DNA from: a virus
Lineage: Duplodnaviria; Caudoviricetes
DNA length: 64,000 nt
IMG/VR virus record: IMGVR_UViG_3300025715_000009
Location: 192,001 to 256,000 of that record
Strand: one strand, 5' to 3'
The notes beneath the pieces are model-generated. The model made no database searches, was not told the origin of the DNA, and saw only the letters and a list, made by a program, of their open reading frames with translations. Positions 19,801 through 26,019 of the stretch are shown piece by piece. Positions within the stretch are counted from its first letter, which is position 1. Each line of letters opens with the position of its first letter. The translations under genes and the position numbers were made by a program.

Positions 19801-22099
19801 AATCTGACAAGAAGTTAATTGCAGCAGCAGTTTTATCAGCAACATTAATTGCTGTATCATTTTTATTAATTAAAACGGAAACACCGGTTTTAGTTGCTAA
19901 TTGTGGATATAATGGAAGACCACTTCCTGGAGAAGATTCTACCAATTTGGGATCAAGAGAATCACCAACACCATTAAGGTCTGTATCAACATTCATCCAA
20001 ACATAATAATCAGTAAATGGAGAATTTATAAGAAAATATTTTCCAGACAAAGAACCATTTACATCGGCAGCACAAGTTATATCTGTAATTTCTATTCCTG
20101 TATTATCTATCTCTTCTAATTGTGCTCCATCTATTTGAAGTGGTGTATTAGATTCACAATTAATATAATATTTCAAATATTTTGCATCATTAGAAGATAC
20201 CCTAAATGATAGTTCTGGTCTTATCCACGTGTTGATATTGCTTGAATCTATTGCCCAATTTTCTTCACTAAGTGTGATAATTTCATCATTTGCATTATAC
20301 TCAGCAATTCCAATTGTAGAATTTTGTGGAGCAACTGATTTTAAGAAAACAGAAAAATTATAAATTCTATTTCTTGAATTTGGCTCTAAAAGATATGTTT
20401 GCCAGACAGTAGCCTTAGAAGCAGAAACATATTTTGTAAGTACACCTTTATAATTACCCCATCTATCAGTATTAGAATTACCAGAAGAGGCTGTCATCTT
20501 GAATGTAGAAAGCATTGGGATGAGATTGTCAGTTATATTCCAGTTTGTAGGAGTATCTCCAGGAACGCCTGTTTCAAATGATCCGTTTTTTGAGAGATTA
20601 AAAATATTTTTATTGATAGATGTATCAATTATAATATTTCCTCTTGTTCTCTCTAATGTTGTAATTGTTTTTACAAGTGGATTTCCTGCTTGGTCTTTTA
20701 TTGTTGTATTTAAATCTAATGCAGTAAATGTCCAATTAAACATATCGTCTTCATCTATAACTTCACTTAAACGTTGATCAGAATGCCAAAGTGTTGTTTC
20801 ACCAGCAATCCAAATTTGATCATTCCATTCATACATAGATATAATGTTTTGATCAGTGCTAAATAATCCGAGTGTTTTTACAGCAGCCTCAGGAAATGTA
20901 TTAGTTAAATCAATTGCTCTAATAAAACCATTTGTTCCGAATACAAATAAATGATTTTTAAATCTCTTTATGCCAGTGTTAATAAATGTGGTTGATCCAC
21001 TGCTAATATCTTTTTGTTGCAATTGTATTGATACAGCGGATTTATAATATAGGTACTTTGTCTGTGTAGATCTAAGAATAAAATAGATATTATCATTAGA
21101 ATCAACATATAGATCTTGAATATCAGCATTAGAATCTAAAAGATTTTCTGCTACTGACCATTGAATGTCGTTAAAGAAGATACCATCTGTTATAACTTCA
21201 TATTCTTTTTCACCAGTTGTTAAATTTGTTGTAAATCTATTTTTTTCTAAGAATTTATCTTTTATTTCAATATCTTTTTTTATTTCGACATTAGATACAT
21301 ATGTTCCTGGAATTGTTTGACCTTCATCAGTTGGACATTTTAACCAATAGCCTTCACTACTCTGACCAAAATTGATATCATTTTGGAAGTTAACAACTTC
21401 ATTAGTAGATGCTTTTGAATCTGCTTTTAATGGTGTTATTTCTTCCCAATCTCTATATGTTTTATATACTAAAACTCTATCGTCTTGACTTGGATTAGTT
21501 GTTGATTTATTAGTAATTTTTATTTCATAAGACTCAAAATTATCCGGGAGATTTTCAGATATTGTTGTATAAACAACTCTATATTCACCAAAATAATTAT
21601 CATCTTTAAGATCAGTAAAGGCAACTCCATCTTCATATTCAGGGAAAAGAAGTGAATCATCTTCTCGCAAGAAATATAATATTTTTTGATTTCCAATACG
21701 AGTAACTTTACCATTTATAATAGAAGAGCCAGAATTAACTCTAAGAGGTGTTATAAATATTTCAGAGGATGGAACTTCAGGGTCAGTATAATAATCTTGT
21801 GTTTGTATGTCAAGTGAAAATTCGTTATATTTATTTTTAAAAACACCATGATCTACTTCAGAAGCAACATCAGAAATGTTTTTATCTAATATAACATCAT
21901 TCTCTACCAAGTTTTTGAGTGGTCTATTATCTGTAGAAGCAACAACTTCATCTTCTTCAATATAAGCCTCTACACCAGGACCAATAATTTCTCCATTGAT
22001 ATCATAGGCCAATCCTTTAGTATTTGGATTGTCTCTATCACTATGATCTGGATATGGATTTCCTATTGAACCCGTGCTCCATTTTTTGATAACGCTCAT
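7832..22099 (-). CDS. Giant (4755 aa) multidomain tail fibre/baseplate protein
   Basis: NRPLKNLVEND anchor motif, beta-propeller-like region, three CBM-like domains (N..F...IDxxQLE), beta-helix-like segment (FVDPISGLDTNNG...AFKTVKKA), LamG-like domains, coiled coil, GASLIG...TTVExxLxE repeats, C-terminal HxLxT repeats. Confidence 0.85.
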   Translation of the reverse strand: MSVIKKWSTGSIGNPYPDHSDRDNPNTKGLAYDINGEIIGPGVEAYIEEDEVVASTDNRPLKNLVENDVILDKNISDVASEVDHGVFKNKYNEFSLDIQTQDYYTDPEVPSSEIFITPLRVNSGSSIINGKVTRIGNQKILYFLREDDSLLFPEYEDGVAFTDLKDDNYFGEYRVVYTTISENLPDNFESYEIKITNKSTTNPSQDDRVLVYKTYRDWEEITPLKADSKASTNEVVNFQNDINFGQSSEGYWLKCPTDEGQTIPGTYVSNVEIKKDIEIKDKFLEKNRFTTNLTTGEKEYEVITDGIFFNDIQWSVAENLLDSNADIQDLYVDSNDNIYFILRSTQTKYLYYKSAVSIQLQQKDISSGSTTFINTGIKRFKNHLFVFGTNGFIRAIDLTNTFPEAAVKTLGLFSTDQNIISMYEWNDQIWIAGETTLWHSDQRLSEVIDEDDMFNWTFTALDLNTTIKDQAGNPLVKTITTLERTRGNIIIDTSINKNIFNLSKNGSFETGVPGDTPTNWNITDNLIPMLSTFKMTASSGNSNTDRWGNYKGVLTKYVSASKATVWQTYLLEPNSRNRIYNFSVFLKSVAPQNSTIGIAEYNANDEIITLSEENWAIDSSNINTWIRPELSFRVSSNDAKYLKYYINCESNTPLQIDGAQLEEIDNTGIEITDITCAADVNGSLSGKYFLINSPFTDYYVWMNVDTDLNGVGDSLDPKLVESSPGSGLPLYPQLATKTGVSVLINKNDTAINVADKTAAAINFLSDFVAYRIQNTIKVQVKTDLPGEVVDAEAGTLGPEGFSINVAIQGLYQASQYVENYEYLFIGFEKQPNNTQDPPFAFIDIKNPTGPQAIKYVNGKYGKIKRVNAALHDDSNRMFVADDKRIYSLVFLNNYTTYDRFTLVDIGEKESDLDFTKNIYKFESIAKFNDRILFGGTVDNRVIKAKYKDDANDHTIEFKPATDDSEQLLDLLGENIFVYSNGVDSASREFTRIEHCYEVIDPNGDTTLGYYKPNERYGFEVWVDGKKDGEQITIISPKEDSGPWTIQQIYEAIKTIYSGAKLEWLDPRGQDSISPDFDWKIPESSSIKTDGFYSIGRKDLTKHIRGNVHKIFIPENQTKKFYIIRGKQIFQSKYDPNVLKNSSGFYPDTPIIKGTVLTEELLPKSLNSSNVGDIWHVLDKAYYQWLGDHWVEIPYYTKWKIYDDVVLTKYKHIDNVEKTFGDTSINKVWIDLPIDPGYNLLKGSVRLKTNTVAEVGFTEGEDYFVDYTNNKIIRSDTDNLLSNPDFSYFQSAIQKFGYVYKGQKSLKSELPVNGMVLNDAWFVSNESTYYRCINPSGSTIETIWEKFYNDNVPTSWDLHLLNGNEIETRFKQTKDLYDDRNDITEFVLQPETSGEEIGLIYQVKDVDFASDTYTLSLDLKSYNYSKAIIRISECDNSNVNNFGYNKSSNSFTDTVFRSSVLIKEIGEFNNFEDVEDYDKWHRLSLSHEVQDSRTTKLRVEIYSLTTGQLLVDKVQLEKNASATPFIEGSRFSRIDPNMHVWADFVEYQEMEKGIDYSFDTNTRKITIHETISDNEYFYFQYKYEKIFNAYDFGNSKPITTIIYDPRDDYFLLRPEGRIWAINQMFAMLSLEIQDPIKVSYNYHYPRIDQIKIRNTPDRFGNFIYIVRGRSAYDNPYKPYDPGVGTGIRESKQYYNGVEIYEIEDNTNNDVLYEINVVDNDYQINDIYDRRIYIDARDNLNFNISLLPETLAYFPFKKDFNSTNGLTPLNFIQNSKIIPIIKNYSVIQLEEIGAWHDGYQLGLRTKFTYPGTSFSVFVDPISGLDTNNGRSETTAFKTVKKALDALYYNDTDDYVTNIIITQPANITENIEIDKPFTVSIVAKSYCNWLGSIQNITKLNLQGIYFKNTSLYPYNELSIYYCTFENTSLNCVSPQKINIYNSEARYNHNSLIRVKNILYPSPFIHPYMKSSERDDGITGTPLSVATSDNESIAPGDVFTNIVQQSASYTFQNCLIHNSTDHIVEFDPEPNWSGSFGFDFCTIADNNGLFATPKYDLIINYSNSILFNNNEVLGDQAKPFNTNSSVNFDTCFIDFPNFSTGVGEYTNFNYRSGDLLGRESCIYSEGVGGSPQFIGEDDYHLKSIAKGSTSDSPALEQGRGGLDLGCYAEIRQQTEKDIPRKLKNYTAYIDEAIRYAMAINSEKITVTLEFKPAGSVANSGILFDTRVADDNEDYIVLAYNNNALDNHSVEPDPTNSPTDPYHFRVIVANKEKSYSIISPIDITSDEEYQKWHRLSFTINYEKIINSKPQFDEYNKLQNIIIFYHNDQESIESFVKYDLSRYTNGKLIPGRGDDGNNAWNYNDITKYITIGAAFDGSNKMTGYYDEFRIDNRFIDRKQFELWNVKKVQFNDPVSYVNQIPLARTLDPRTLQEYWSLKGDSDLGAKKNRFLPETNKRMTWEDGYQAWFIGNPTENILQNSNFSGNHNALAQTTVIDYTTPLVLESNWRIKTYESRLISDNTGITINVVNPDLPQYSAAAGYQDLGLNITDFNASSGVGAGEFVFDIDINGQPTERHTIELEADPGYQELTFSSSITGSSPTPLNPSGVETEYDLQYTLYPGSTVVDKTVKLEGTKEITDITVVGDLGYLKNKFFEISSLRDETQYYVWFSDGTYLDGGSRDPAGQKQTTVITVNLNWDIPGYTSWEGKGFTIYKNDGTAVNIWIDVSTVSGSTPDFGNTGSYLPLNLTYSVLGPEVLRNEIANRIVTLLSPISDFNIQRVDNVITITNTQNATLSLAEDHDSIGIFTITTTKVGAAPDTNLASPSTKTGVEVVIASGDNQDAILTKVATAFPVTKMTATKHNGQAETTTITALSNNILDYDSKYFTIMSNDQYGNDRLYYVWFDANQAGVEQVTEITCSADDTTSNDPNLMLNEKFFTISGGGNEHYFWYNVANDGRDPGINQPAVQEQFTLEFTDTIKLKEDYEGKYFELSTPTGDYYVYYTVNNQSVTLPPSDKNRIKVDLDSSITGVDQRIAIIEKTIAVLTAQVSGFTNDSMIRNYNSEGEYTARFIIPAGATSLESSNGTFGSDMIFSLKVKGKNYRAKTYLGSGIGHMVEIAANESANDVASLTNSRINSVIDFNSTVLNNILTVTNAVKESVSPPDFSYINFTGSVITSGIKPTTNPSPSGYTGIKVEIDGLVTKEEIADAIRTTVNTAAEFNASGTGAVVEIVTTDDTHYISDPSIGTLNGVITLAVNYQGKLPYVRFTNIENGAVNINPRSGTAGARYLIFQEGSNANTTFASLVNKLNVVTSGDLIWSIVNGKLRATTTARGDTASVEINPTCELLDALDATTQTKQYGTPVDDRWDIILSKLNNLNLGISWNKVGLDIRAISNFEGTNSGVKFTDTTETNDLLTAIGVNYSTLPAAFDGYARVTISNQYELEKMMYAAFEGINTRITWGIRNGRLMFLTDDFVASSIEVDFKEDVGVINPIQVISGLKQVGVPGSEIWDISVVLETPLNNTVSFNLNPKYNKFSENSLVVEKMSTVPLYITQRKFLQENTKYTLSAYIHSDDRITSNHLQCKITNEEKNWTKIEKLDDNWWRVIYTFINEYAGDYNIGFVIKEVDRIYIDSVQLEAKTFASPFVESTNNTIGRIKIGKSLLNKERGTIFFKFKPYFEYENNETKTIISLPAYDAGIVNQSLGLKVIYYFDSDKNRGIFEYSINNDSSSIWRFETTDDFFNQWHSIGFVYDYINNRFVYWFDYFNYIIDSPFANNIWADMYIGYDTSTEKAADIVVKDVIIHDYTTTDSEVLNWNTTYEFYNESFISSNIEEMKNEILGIKQDTYEYVDITNDIVNTVNSLQSRVAEYEENEINNDNAISKLKNFTGYAWPFNQDSSSLPSGVGNHENRITTLEATALNLDIKTTSIQNNLINTNNAVNTLDGNIDTLSDGLNNEINARVIADQQIKDLYASTDINKGAALIGVYDVGARYSATTVEDILQEIAGAGRTTESLKSLKDDITAIGSSTSTSLEDLDYMQDGNSGLWTRSLAQSSGYNIYNIKTNLTALDIEVESIKDNQTSVAESYQDILTGFVDADDTALSSNGDYSLIINGGEYYFTTSSIITWEDLIINYLPNAIHTTSGLPLSLSYRIEAISYIDGVNTLYNIRIFDKTDYTLGHAINIQSGISYLDLISSLGATLSSATAIGSSFIASTMNNVTLSSRITQEVNDRQATVNALRTDLLSQDLNRGASLIGVEGNGLFIETTVEDVLQELAGPGRNASMTVAGNYNAIQGMISDISTLQTNTSSNSSSISNINNTLGLMKDGIDGSTWNALATKPNLMNHESRITTNTQNISSANVAIAVNSNDIFNLNQSVGALSTGLSTEINNRVNGDLSIRQDLASTTVGKGASLISIQDVAGKYTATTVEGALAEVDDKIAALAGALSWQSPVNTYADLPTSGNTVGNARTVLDDGDGRQAQYVWSGTAWVKIADIDWGQASDISYNNTTSTIPATTVQAAIDYVYLNQKDKTSSQGEILNTAWQVGSGQYNGYYYADVNHGLGTTDVVCLITENGIVIGVEEIERLDANNVRIYVADNSLNLDITVFGVIDKYSKVVSQWTPDGQGGYYADIVHNFNTNKLMVSTFDIDTTLGLGWLTGAESIEFIDLNTIRVKTADNATTMNVFIVKKANNSITKDIQKWTWDPTKNAYISLIQVDASYDAVFTFFDPSTGKTVGIDMVQLENGVLTLARSQNDIIRMIIVK

Positions 22100-22434
22100 T
22101 CTTTTTCCTCCGACTCTTTAAATATTATCTTTATAACTGCTTGATTATTCATTGCATTTTCTCTTTTTACTCTTGCTTGTTTATTATATTTGATTGCTAT
22201 ATCTTTTAATAATTTTAAAATATATCTTATTTTTGAATCTGTATTACTTAGCATAGCATATTCTGATTTAAGATGAAAAAGCATGTTATATCCACCTTGG
22301 CTTAAATATATTTCTCTCATTCTTAAATCACCAAAATTAGTTATTTCTTTTGTTTTATTTATTTCATCATAAAATGAATTAAATTGTTGAACTATCTCTT
22401 GAGACGCTTCTGTTATTAGATTTTTAAATTTCAT
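22096..22434 (-). CDS. Hypothetical protein, possible head-associated protein
   Basis: N-terminus MKFKNLITEA resembles T4-type prohead protease leader (L/I-x-E). Confidence 0.6.
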   Translation of the reverse strand: MKFKNLITEASQEIVQQFNSFYDEINKTKEITNFGDLRMREIYLSQGGYNMLFHLKSEYAMLSNTDSKIRYILKLLKDIAIKYNKQARVKRENAMNNQAVIKIIFKESEEKE

Positions 22435-22865
22435 ATTATTTTTCTTTTTTGGTCTTTTATACCAGAACTATTTGGTCCTGTTATTTTATATCTTCTTATA
22501 AATTTTGCCATATATGGAAATTTTTTAATAAGGGAGTCATATCTTCTTTTTCTTTCATCGATTTCCCAAGATGAAATATCTTGACCTTTATTAAAAAATT
22601 TTTTTAATCTTACTTTAGTTTCAAAACCACGAAAACCTTCTTCATTATCATTTGAATTTATATCATTTATGAGTTTATTAACATCACCAAGATAATAATT
22701 AAGATTGAGTCCTAAAACAGAAAGGCCATTATCATCTGGATTATACTTCTCATCTACCGCGACGATATATGGGTGGGAGTCATGGATTTTATAGTTTTTT
22801 CGAGTCCCAATATAATGTAATTTATATCGCTTAAATGACTCATTCAGTGCTTTTTCGAATTGCAT
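22431..22865 (-). CDS. Putative DNA end protector-like protein (T4 gp2-like)
   Basis: HDSHPYIVAV...VLGLNLNYY and IRRY resemble the gp2 DxxPL...GLNLHYL motif; leader MQFEKALNES. Confidence 0.45.
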   Translation of the reverse strand: MQFEKALNESFKRYKLHYIGTRKNYKIHDSHPYIVAVDEKYNPDDNGLSVLGLNLNYYLGDVNKLINDINSNDNEEGFRGFETKVRLKKFFNKGQDISSWEIDERKRRYDSLIKKFPYMAKFIRRYKITGPNSSGIKDQKRKII

Positions 22866-22919
22866 TGTCCCTCTATATAAATTTGAAATTTTGCTTAAAA
22901 AGCAATTAGAGGCTTTATT

Positions 22920-22926
22920 TTATCTT
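22920..22926 (-). promoter_or_regulatory. AAGATAA putative phage promoter motif
   Basis: Recurrent intergenic motif upstream of 22431-22865. Confidence 0.5.
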
Positions 22927-22951
22927 ATAGGTTTTATGAAAAAATTACAGT

Positions 22952-23209
22952 TTAAGAATCATTTTTTGTCATTATTCTAATAATTAATTCTCTACGTTGT
23001 TTTTTATTTTTTGAATCAAAAACTCTTTTAGATGATACATAATATGCTATTCTTTCAATTGTATTATTATCATAACCTGGAGATACATAAAATATTTTAT
23101 AGTTTTTAAGTTGTATACCCAAACTCTTATCTACAAAATCATCAAATGTTAAAATAACACCTTTAAAATAATCTACAGTGTCATCAAATAATATATAATA
23201 GAACCTCAT
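22952..23209 (-). CDS. Small hypothetical protein with C-terminal IxxI helix motif
   Basis: 85 aa, 4-bp overlap with upstream gene; ends QRRELIIRIMTKNDS. Confidence 0.7.
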   Translation of the reverse strand: MRFYYILFDDTVDYFKGVILTFDDFVDKSLGIQLKNYKIFYVSPGYDNNTIERIAYYVSSKRVFDSKNKKQRRELIIRIMTKNDS

Positions 23210-23781
23210 ATCAACTCCAACTTGGGAAATTCTATTTGTTTACCAAATTCTACACCATTATTCTCCAAATATAATCTTGTATTCTTTTCACAAATTATTC
23301 TTATGATTTTCTCTGCTATTTTTGGGCTTATTTTTTGCCCATTGCTTTTTTTTATCATTCTTGGTTCTTCGTTTAACAAGCCCCAATTGCTTGGTAATTT
23401 ATCCTCTGAAATCATATTATCTGGTGCTATAATATATCTATATGTTGATAATTTTAGTAATGATTCATCTAATAATTTTGTGCTTTTATCTCTTGTTTTC
23501 TTTAACTGTTTAATATATTTTTCTTTATCACAATCTATTTTAAACTGCTCTTTTAATAATTGAATTTTGGTTTTTATATCATCAGGATTATTTAATTCTC
23601 GAGTATAATCTTTTATATCTTGTTTGGCCTCTATGATGAAAACTCTTGAGCCATCTGTTCCAATTACATCAAAAATATATTTACCTATTTTTACTTCAGT
23701 AGAAATATATTGACATTCAGCATTTAAATATAGCCACTCTATTGCTTTCATCTTAAGGACTTCATGATTATGGGTTGCCAT
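23206..23781 (-). CDS. PD-(D/E)XK nuclease, MmcB-like
   Basis: TEV...FDVIG...IIEAK...D and YIIAPDNMISEDKLPSNWGLL. Confidence 0.65.
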   Translation of the reverse strand: MATHNHEVLKMKAIEWLYLNAECQYISTEVKIGKYIFDVIGTDGSRVFIIEAKQDIKDYTRELNNPDDIKTKIQLLKEQFKIDCDKEKYIKQLKKTRDKSTKLLDESLLKLSTYRYIIAPDNMISEDKLPSNWGLLNEEPRMIKKSNGQKISPKIAEKIIRIICEKNTRLYLENNGVEFGKQIEFPKLELI

Positions 23782-24031
23782 ATAGATAATCCTTGATTAC
23801 TTTATCATCTTTATATAACCTATGAATATATAGCGAGCCATCTTTTTTCCACAGTTTATATTCACCATCATAATTTTTATTTTTATAAAAACAATGCATA
23901 ACTAAACTGCCATTTTCATGCCATTCTTTATATTCACCCTCACTCTTATATCCACTAAACCATAGGCCATTCATCATTGCTCTTTGAGGATTATTAAATA
24001 AATAAACTATTTGTTCATGCATTACATTCAT
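23768..24031 (-). CDS. MORN-variant repeat protein (2 repeats)
   Basis: GEYKEWHENG / GEYKLWKKDG. Confidence 0.85.
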   Translation of the reverse strand: MNVMHEQIVYLFNNPQRAMMNGLWFSGYKSEGEYKEWHENGSLVMHCFYKNKNYDGEYKLWKKDGSLYIHRLYKDDKVIKDYLYGNP

Positions 24032-24357
24032 TTTAAATAATCCTTGACCACTTCACCATCTTTAAATAAATAATGTTTATATAATTTTCCATTATCAAAC
24101 CATGATTTATATTTGCCATCTTTTTCACCTTGTTTATAAAAACAATGTACCCATAATTGCCCATTTTCGTGCCATCTTTTATATTCACCATCTAATTCAT
24201 CATTTTTATAAAAGCAATGTCTTGTTAATTGCCCATTTTTATACCATTCTTTATATTCACCCTCACTCTTATAACCACTAAACCATAAACCATTCATCAT
24301 TGCTCTTTGAGGATTAGTAAATAAATCTTTTATTTGCTCTCTGGCTATATATTTCAT
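24028..24357 (-). CDS. MORN-variant repeat protein (3 repeats)
   Basis: GEYKEWYKNG / GEYKRWHENG / GKYKSWFDNG. Confidence 0.85.
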   Translation of the reverse strand: MKYIAREQIKDLFTNPQRAMMNGLWFSGYKSEGEYKEWYKNGQLTRHCFYKNDELDGEYKRWHENGQLWVHCFYKQGEKDGKYKSWFDNGKLYKHYLFKDGEVVKDYLK

Positions 24358-24539
24358 TCTAAATAATCCTTGATTACTTTACCATCTTTAAATAAATAAT
24401 GTTGTGTTAATTTACCTTTTTTATCCCATAATTTATATTCACCATTATACTCATAGCCACTAAACCATAAACCTATTATAAATATTGTTTTTTGAGGATT
24501 ATTAAATAAATCTACTATCTGTTTACGCATTATATTCAT
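24354..24539 (-). CDS. MORN-variant repeat protein (1 repeat)
   Basis: GEYKLWDKKG; paralogous N- and C-termini. Confidence 0.8.
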   Translation of the reverse strand: MNIMRKQIVDLFNNPQKTIFIIGLWFSGYEYNGEYKLWDKKGKLTQHYLFKDGKVIKDYLE

Positions 24540-24790
24540 TCTAAATAATCCTTGACTATTTCACCATTTTTATATAAATAATGTCTATATAATTTTCCAT
24601 TTTTATACCATGATTTATATTCACCTTCCATATTACCATTTTTATTAAAAAAACAATGTTCCCATAATTGACCATTTTCATACCATGATTTATATTCACC
24701 TTCCCACTTATATCCACTATAAAATAAACCATTGGTTATTGTTTTTTGAGGATTAGTAAATAAGTCTATTATCTGCTTATGCATTATCAT
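24536..24790 (-). CDS. MORN-variant repeat protein (2 repeats)
   Basis: GEYKSWYENG / GEYKSWYKNG. Confidence 0.85.
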   Translation of the reverse strand: MIMHKQIIDLFTNPQKTITNGLFYSGYKWEGEYKSWYENGQLWEHCFFNKNGNMEGEYKSWYKNGKLYRHYLYKNGEIVKDYLE

Positions 24791-25016
24791 ATATAGCCTT
24801 TATAAAAAACCTTTTATCATCATCTGAACAATTATAATCTACTTTTACATCAAAATTTCTAATAAATAATTTTAAATTTCCATCGTTTAAAAATACTAAT
24901 TTATTATCACCGATGAAATTATATATCATAATATAATGATCTTTGGAATTTTTAACTATTATACCATGCTTTTTATCTGTTATTATTGGTTTATACAAAT
25001 AATCACTTAGGTTCAT
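24777..25016 (-). CDS. Small hypothetical protein with C-terminal IKxIY helix motif
   Basis: 79 aa, overlaps both neighbours; ends DKRFFIKAIYDNA. Confidence 0.7.
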   Translation of the reverse strand: MNLSDYLYKPIITDKKHGIIVKNSKDHYIMIYNFIGDNKLVFLNDGNLKLFIRNFDVKVDYNCSDDDKRFFIKAIYDNA

Positions 25017-25209
25017 TTTCCCATTCTCTTAATAAAGCATATAAATCTTCTTTATTCTTAACCGCAGGTTGAAAATCATTGAGAATAATATATCCAATCA
25101 TTCTATGATAACCTTGTTCACTCTCCTCTTTTTGAATAATCAAGGCTTTATCTAATTGTTCAGAAGTAATTATTCCTCTTTGAACTAAAAATTCTCCAAA
25201 TTTTGCCAT
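25003..25209 (-). CDS. Stand-alone MshEN-like (c-di-GMP-binding motif) protein
   Basis: KFGEFLVQRGIITSEQLDKALIIQ matches RLGxxLVxxGxIxxxQLxxALxxQ; degenerate second copy RMIGYIIL...EDLYALL; AGGAG RBS. Confidence 0.7.
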   Translation of the reverse strand: MAKFGEFLVQRGIITSEQLDKALIIQKEESEQGYHRMIGYIILNDFQPAVKNKEDLYALLREWENEPK

Positions 25210-25252
25210 TTCCTACTCCTATAGTAGTAATATATTTATTCTATATTTATAC

Positions 25253-25299
25253 GTTCACCATGTGAACTCCAGAGTTCATGTAGTGAACAGCTCTGTTCA
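25253..25299. promoter_or_regulatory. Operator-like array of five alternating GTTCA/TGAAC half-sites (21-bp period)
   Basis: GTTCAccatgTGAACtccagaGTTCAtgtagTGAACagctctGTTCA; can also fold as a 17-bp imperfect hairpin. Confidence 0.55.
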
Positions 25300-25479
25300 T
25301 TTAATAAACAGCCTTATAGTATATCCTTGAAATTTTTCAAACAATAATTTAATAATTTTTTTATATGGAAGGGCCTCATAATAGTTATCATTAATTCTTT
25401 TTTTATATATATTGCATAATCCATTTGGCATGTGTTTGAGTAAACCTGCTTGATTATATGTTATATAATATTCATCCAT
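25297..25479 (-). CDS. Small hypothetical protein with IIKLLF motif
   Basis: 60 aa in a co-oriented ORFan block. Confidence 0.55.
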   Translation of the reverse strand: MDEYYITYNQAGLLKHMPNGLCNIYKKRINDNYYEALPYKKIIKLLFEKFQGYTIRLFIK

Positions 25480-25484
25480 GTCTA

Positions 25485-25739
25485 TTACCCAAAAGTAGAA
25501 ATTTCTGCCAAAAACAATGCTTTAACAATTTCATACTTATGTTCTGTATCCTCTTCTAATGATGCAAATATATGGTCAGGCATTGGTCTATATTTATATA
25601 AATAAAGATTATATAAACTACTACCATCTGAATAATGTTCAATGCTCAAATACCATTTACACATATAATTTTTTTCTTCTTTAATAGAGTAAACTACTAT
25701 ATGTTTTAAGCGTGTCTCATTGGTAAAAAATCTTATCAT
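25485..25739 (-). CDS. Small hypothetical protein with C-terminal IVKALF motif
   Basis: 84 aa, 1-bp stop/start overlap with upstream gene. Confidence 0.7.
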   Translation of the reverse strand: MIRFFTNETRLKHIVVYSIKEEKNYMCKWYLSIEHYSDGSSLYNLYLYKYRPMPDHIFASLEEDTEHKYEIVKALFLAEISTFG

Positions 25740-26005
25740 TATTCTACATCCTCAAATTTTACTTCACTTTCAAAAATTTTAATAATACAATCTTGAGGAT
25801 ATACTCTGCTATTATATTCAACTGCTGAATTTTCTAATTTTTTCTTCATATTGCCAAAATAAATAGTGTCTTTAAAAAAATTTGGATATAAGATTATACC
25901 ATAATAAGAAAAATGATTGTTATCTAATCTCTTTAAAGGACAAAAAAGAGTATAACCATAAGTGTGATATTCATCTTCAAAAGTATACCAATTATATAAT
26001 TCCAT
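25739..26005 (-). CDS. Small hypothetical protein with C-terminal IIKIFE motif
   Basis: 88 aa, first gene after terminator and AAGATAA motif. Confidence 0.7.
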   Translation of the reverse strand: MELYNWYTFEDEYHTYGYTLFCPLKRLDNNHFSYYGIILYPNFFKDTIYFGNMKKKLENSAVEYNSRVYPQDCIIKIFESEVKFEDVE

Positions 26006-26009
26006 ATAT

Positions 26010-26016
26010 TTATCTT
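26010..26016 (-). promoter_or_regulatory. AAGATAA putative promoter, 4 nt before ATG
   Basis: AAAGATAA-atat-ATG with no SD. Confidence 0.55.
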
Positions 26017-26019
26017 TAT

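Noticed and set aside
7832-22099. Inteins or introns explaining the giant ORF
   Set aside because: No splicing-junction or LAGLIDADG motifs noticed; length is explained by structural repeats and insertions.
23768-24790. MORN array as a diversity-generating retroelement target/template
   Set aside because: No reverse transcriptase in the window, all copies are intact coupled ORFs, and the differences include repeat-number changes and do not look adenine-restricted.
23768-24790. YwqK-type antitoxin annotation for the MORN genes
   Set aside because: That label reflects the repeat fold only; no cognate toxin is evident.
25253-25299. Mini CRISPR array or LexA box
   Set aside because: Units are 5 bp with 5-6 bp spacers, far too short for CRISPR; the GAAC-N6-GTTC spacing does not fit the Gram-positive GAAC-N4-GTTC SOS box.
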